Assembly: GCA_963737655.1 (NCBI GenBank)
Contig: CAVTTN010000002.1
Span: forward strand, 5,728,001 to 5,792,000
Length of the DNA: 64,000 nt
Direction of reading: 5' to 3'
DNA from: an uncultured Planctomycetota bacterium
GTDB lineage: Bacteria > Planctomycetota > Planctomycetia > Isosphaerales > Isosphaeraceae
The notes under the pieces: generated by a model
What the model was told of the DNA's origin: nothing
The model's input: only the letters and a program-made list of their open reading frames with translations
Database searches by the model: none
Position numbers and translations under genes: made by a program
Shown here: positions 59,860-64,000 of the stretch, piece by piece
Layout of the letters: every line of letters starts with the position of its first letter
How positions within the stretch are numbered: the first letter of the stretch is position 1

Positions 59860-60546
59860 ATGAACCTTCGACCCCTGACCCGCGAGGAAGTCCGCTCGAT
59901 CGACCGGCTTGCGGCCGGGACTTATGGCCTTCCGACCCTCGTCCTGATGGAGAATGCCGGACGGGGGGCGGCGGAGATCCTTCGTCGCGAGGTCCCGGCC
60001 CCGGCCCGGGCAGTGATCGCCTGCGGGATGGGGAACAATGGGGGGGATGGGGGCGTGGTGGCCCGCCATCTGGACGCGGCCGGGTATCGCGTGACGGTCG
60101 CCCTGTTCGGCGAGACGGGCTCCCCCTCGCGGGATGCGTCGGTCCAGATCGGCATCCTGTCGGCCTCGGGGGTCGCGATGGCGACGGCCCCGGCCTCGCC
60201 GGCCGCGCTCGACGCCCTGTTCGCCGGGGCCGATTGGATCGTCGATGGCCTGCTCGGGACCGGGTTGAGCCGGCCGGTCGAGGGGCCGTTGCGCCAGGCG
60301 ATCGCGGCCATGAACCGGTCGGGCCGGCCGATCCTGGCCCTGGACCTGCCCTCGGGCCTGGATTGCGACTCGGGCGAGCCGTTGGGCGAGGCGGTCCGGG
60401 CGGCGATCACCGCGACGTTCGTGGCGCCGAAGGTCGGGTTCTCCCGGCCGGGGGCCTCGGCGTTCACGGGGCGGGTCGAGGTGGTGGAGATCGGCGTGCC
60501 GAGGCGGATCCTGGGGCCGTTCGCGGCCGAGGCCGAGACGGGCTGA
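59860..60546 (+). CDS. nnrE: NAD(P)H-hydrate epimerase (stand-alone YjeF_N)
   Basis: LMENAGRG, CGMGNNGGDG, DGLLGTG and LDLPSG. Confidence 0.92.
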   Translation: MNLRPLTREEVRSIDRLAAGTYGLPTLVLMENAGRGAAEILRREVPAPARAVIACGMGNNGGDGGVVARHLDAAGYRVTVALFGETGSPSRDASVQIGILSASGVAMATAPASPAALDALFAGADWIVDGLLGTGLSRPVEGPLRQAIAAMNRSGRPILALDLPSGLDCDSGEPLGEAVRAAITATFVAPKVGFSRPGASAFTGRVEVVEIGVPRRILGPFAAEAETG

Positions 60547-60580
60547 CCGAGGGGGGCGGAGGGCCCTCGGGCCGGCCTCG

Positions 60581-61124
60581 TCAGTGAGTCGCCTCGGCCG
60601 GAGGGCGGATCATCGTCCCGGGATTGGGGGCGGGGCGGTTGGGCGAGCTTGGGCGAGCCTCGCGGACCTCCGGGGAGGAGTCGGCGACGGCGGTTTCCTC
60701 GACCGGCGCGGCGACCGGCGGGGTCGGGGCCGGGCGGGCGGCCTTCGTCGAGGACTTCGGGCCCAGGGCCAGGGGCCCCCCGGGTCGAACGGCCGTCCAG
60801 GAGCCGAACGCCACGAGGGCGAGGCAAGCGGCGAGACCCAGGGGGATCGGGCGGAACAGGGGGAAGCGGATGGGCCGCTCGCGCCTCCGCTCGCGGATCT
60901 CGCGGGCGAGGTCCGGCCAGAGCGGCCGAGGTTCGGCTAAGGGGACGGCGAAGCCTCCGGCGACCCGGAGGAGGCCGACGGACCGCCTCAGCCCGTCCAG
61001 GCGGCTGCGGCAGTCTCCGCAGCCGATCAGGTGGCGCTCGGCCCTTCGGCGCTGGGCCCGGTGAGCTCCCCCCGGCGAGCAGGGGGAGCCTGGGCCGGGC
61101 CCAGGAGCAGACGTCATTCCACAT
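60581..61124 (-). CDS. zf-HC2 (ZAS) anti-sigma factor; apparent frameshift(s) at 61054-61073
   Basis: MWNDVCSWARPRLPLLAGG in one frame and RHLIGCGDCR (HxxxCxxC) plus TM in another; overlaps the sigma gene end. Confidence 0.75.
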
Positions 61125-61809
61125 CGCAAGCCTCCTCGGCATCGCCGGGCGTTTCGGGATCGGTCGGGGCGCCCTGACGGCGCTCCCAGTGCTGGCGGAA
61201 CAGGTCGCGGGCCTTGGAGAGCCTCCAGCGGATCGTCGCCTCCCGACGGCCGACGATCGCGGCGACTTCCGCCGAGCTGAACCCCTCCAGGTCTCTCAGG
61301 ACCAAGATCGTGCGGTACGGTACGGGTAAACGATCGAGAACGAAGCGGACTTCCTGCACCAATTCTTCGCGGAGCCGGGGGTCGGGGTCGGGCACGTCGA
61401 TGGCCCGGGCCGCCCCGGGGCGGGGCCGGTCGATCGACGAGGCCGGGGGGCCGTCGTGGCGGCGGAGCTGGTCCAGCCCCAGGTTCACCCCCACCCGGAA
61501 CAGCCAGGGGCCGAACCGGCGGGACGTGTCGAACCGATCCAACCGATTGTAGACTTTCCAGAACGTTTCCTGGGCGAGGTCGCGGGCGAGCTCCTCGTCG
61601 TGGACGAGGCGATACAGGACGCGGAGGAGCTTGCGTTCGTAGCGGGCGACGAGGACGGCGAAGGCCGAGTCGTCGCCGTCTCGGGCGAGCTCGACGAGCC
61701 GGGCGTCCCCGGCGTCCTCGGGTCGAGGCGAGGGGGCAGGAGAGGCCTCGGCGCCTCGACGGGTCGTGTGGTCCGGCCCGGGACGGCCCGGATCGGCGGA
61801 ATTCCGCAT
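61114..61809 (-). CDS. ECF RNA polymerase sigma factor (SigW/RpoE-like)
   Basis: DARLVE...AF..LV.RY, DLAQETFWKVY, FGPWLFR and LRDLEGFSSAEVA. Confidence 0.9.
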   Translation of the reverse strand: MRNSADPGRPGPDHTTRRGAEASPAPSPRPEDAGDARLVELARDGDDSAFAVLVARYERKLLRVLYRLVHDEELARDLAQETFWKVYNRLDRFDTSRRFGPWLFRVGVNLGLDQLRRHDGPPASSIDRPRPGAARAIDVPDPDPRLREELVQEVRFVLDRLPVPYRTILVLRDLEGFSSAEVAAIVGRREATIRWRLSKARDLFRQHWERRQGAPTDPETPGDAEEACDVE

Positions 61810-61894
61810 CGCATGTCCCTCCGGCCGCGCAGTATCATACGGGGGCGGGCCTCTCCGCGTTGGAGGTTTTTCCGGGATCGGATCGTCGCCCGCC

Positions 61895-62828
61895 ATGCCC
61901 GGCCCGTTTCTGGACGTCCGGCCGTGCCCCGAGGAGGACCGCCCCGCCGCCCTGGCGGTGCTGTACCGGCGGATGCCGGAGTCCCTGCGCCCCCGGCTCG
62001 TCCGCGACGCCCTGGAGGACGCGGCCGACGGGCTGATCGACCTGACGGGCCTCTGGGTGGCGTCGGCCCGGGGCCGGATCGCCGGCGTCCTGCTCTCCCA
62101 GACGCTGGTGGGCCAGGCCGGGGCGGTCTGGGCCCCGGAGGTCGTCTCGCCGTGGGGCCGGCGGCGAGTGGCCGCGGCCCTGGTCCGCTCGGCCCTGGAG
62201 GACATGACCCGTCGCGGCCTGCGGATCGCCCAGGCCCTGGTCGATCGCACCGGCCCGAGGTCCGCCAGCGGCGACCTGATCCGCGGTGGGATGCCCCGAG
62301 TTACCCATCTAACCTACATGGCCCGCCCGACCAAGACGCCGCTGCTCCTCCCTCCCTCCACCCCGCAATTCCGGTGGGCGAGCTACGGGCCGGAGACCGA
62401 CGGCGAGTTCCGGGCCATCCTGGGGGCGACCTACGAGGGCAGCCTGGACATGCCCGAGCTCGAAGGGGTCCGCTCGCTCGATGACGTCCTGGCCAGCCAC
62501 CAGGCCAGCGGCCGGTTCGACCCGAGGCGATGGCGGATCGGCCGGCTCGACGGCGAGCCCGAGGCCGGCGGGATCGTGTTGTTGACCGATCAGCCCGAGC
62601 GCGAGTCGTGGGAGGTCGCCTATCTCGGCCTGGCCCCCAGGGCAAGAGGGCGAGGGGCTCGGCCGGGCCGCCCTGGCCCATGCCCTGGACCTGGCCCGGG
62701 GGATCGTCCCTCGCCTGGAGCTCGCCGTGGACGCCCGCAACAAGCCGGCCGAGCGGCTCTATCGCAGGGCCGGGTTCGTCCCGTTCGACAAACGGGCCGT
62801 CCACCTGAAGATCCTGGCCGCTCCGTAG
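61895..62828 (+). CDS. Tandem GNAT acetyltransferase; frameshift in G4 run at 62654-62657
   Basis: YLGLAPRARGRG; removing one G continues LGRAAL...LAVDARNKPAERLYRRAGF, the GNAT motif B. Confidence 0.85.
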
Positions 62829-62883
62829 TGGGGTCGAGCGGGGGCGGCCCGCCGAGGACGCGAGATCCTTGCTTTGGGGAGAA

Positions 62884-63006
62884 CTCCAGGCAATTCACCA
62901 CCAAGCCACAAAGAGCACGAAGGAGGACACAAAGAAGAGCGTGGATTGGGTACGTCTTTGTGGCTTCCTTCGTGCTCTTTGTGGCTTCGTGGTGAATTGC
63001 CTGGAG
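62884..63006. repeat. Long inverted repeat with ~9-bp periodic arms
   Basis: CTCCAGGCAATTCACCACCAAGCCACAAAGAGCACGAAGGA...TCCTTCGTGCTCTTTGTGGCTTCGTGGTGAATTGCCTGGAG. Confidence 0.9.
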
Positions 63007-63263
63007 GTTTCTCCGGAGCGCGAGACCCGGCATCGCTTGCCCGCGACGGCCGACCCCACGTTCGGAATCATCGCGAGCGACGCCCTCGACGATCACCCAA
63101 TCCGCCGGCCTCGCCATGCTTCGGGACCAATTCCTAACATCAACACAACTTCCCTTGGAAAATCGTGGATTCAATGCGGCCCCTCGAAATGTCCGCGACC
63201 GGGGCGGGTTTCGGGCCGGTCGGGTCGCGGAGCGATTGGCCGCATCCCCTGAAATGCCCGGAG

Positions 63264-63450
63264 CTTGCGATTTTCTCATCATGATCTGCGAACATGCGGT
63301 GAATTGTGTGCGCACGACCGACTGCGCACGCGAATCCGGCCTGATTTCCGACCTTTTCGCGATTTTTCGACGAAAAGTGTCGTCAACTTCCCGGCGATGG
63401 ACTCTTGCCGACCTTTGATTTATCCAATTTTTGTTCATGCTAATCTATGA
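63264..63450. other. Low-GC noncoding element, copy 2 (homologous to 19266-19480)
   Basis: Exact CGAAAAGTGTCGTCAACTT at 63371; shared motifs at equal offsets. Confidence 0.65.
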
Positions 63451-63522
63451 TAGCTTATCGGAGTCCAAGATCAGGAGGAACGCAGGCTTCCCATTTCTCC
63501 CGATCACACCAGACCAACGGCG

Positions 63523-63610
63523 GGGTGGCATGCTGACGTCCGCGTAAGCATGTCTTCGATTCGGGCCGCATCCTCGAAGACATGCTTACGCGGACGTCAG
63601 CATGCCACCC
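63523..63610. repeat. REP doublet, family C variant
   Basis: GGGTGGCATGCTGACGTCCGCGTAAGCATGTCTTCGA...TCGAAGACATGCTTACGCGGACGTCAGCATGCCACCC. Confidence 0.9.
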
Positions 63611-63752
63611 GGCCAGCCACCCCGGAAGTCTCGATTCGAGAGTGGGGCGGGCCGTCCCTCTCGCCGCGAGAAGGGATGTCCAGGACCGGCCGTTTCGGAT
63701 ACAATGGAACAGTAGTTTCGAGGGATTTCGCGACCCGGGAGGGATCGACCCC

Positions 63753-64000
63753 GTGAGCACCGCCTTGCCGCCGCAGATGCCGCACCTGCCGACCCCTCCG
63801 CTGAACATCGAAGAAGAGCTGAAGGAAAGTTATCTCAATTATGCGATGTCGGTCATCGTCAGCCGGGCCCTGCCGGACGTCCGCGACGGCCTGAAGCCCT
63901 CGCAGAGGCGCATCCTGGCGGCGATGCTCGACCTGGGCCTCACGCCCGGGGGCTCGACCAGCAAGTGCGCGGGCATCGTCGGCGAGACGATGAAGCGCTA
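63753..64000 (+). CDS. gyrA: DNA gyrase subunit A, 5' end (runs off the window)
   Basis: Manual translation gives [38 protein letters not shown]...[10 protein letters not shown]. Confidence 0.93.
   Translation, partial: MSTALPPQMPHLPTPPLNIEEELKESYLNYAMSVIVSRALPDVRDGLKPSQRRILAAMLDLGLTPGGSTSKCAGIVGETMKR

Noticed and set aside
63400..63460. oriC candidate (AT-rich, upstream of gyrA, TTATCCAAT)
   Set aside because: Only one 2-mismatch DnaA-box-like 9-mer is present, with no box cluster and no adjacent dnaA or dnaN.

Overview
GC-rich bacterial chromosomal window, most likely a planctomycete of the Isosphaeraceae type. This is inferred from LEPR-XLL-like N-termini, PEP-CTERM proteins, a CRTAC1/ASPIC protein and several planctomycete-style hypotheticals. 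Housekeeping genes include guaB, phoU, rsmA, ribE, nnrE and the 5' end of gyrA. The window also holds a flhA-flhF-flhG-fliA block, an IorAB-type molybdoenzyme, a short DnaA paralogue, two ECF sigma factors and many secreted proteins. There are four type II toxin-antitoxin loci: DUF433 with a decayed toxin, MazF-type, HigBA-type and VapBC-type. Intergenic DNA is densely populated by several palindromic REP/REPIN-like families, with no transposase in the window. At least 8 genes carry 1-nt frameshifts, mostly in homopolymers, which are probably assembly errors. The most notable observations are a colinear ~130-200 bp low-GC noncoding element present twice 44 kb apart, an FlhG lacking the catalytic Walker A lysine, a DnaA paralogue with an altered DNA-recognition motif, a DTG/DLG aspartyl protease-PDZ pair, and two gene remnants missed by the ORF track. 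No CRISPR array, rRNA, tRNA, integrase or transposase was recognised. All product calls are from motif recognition, not database searches.
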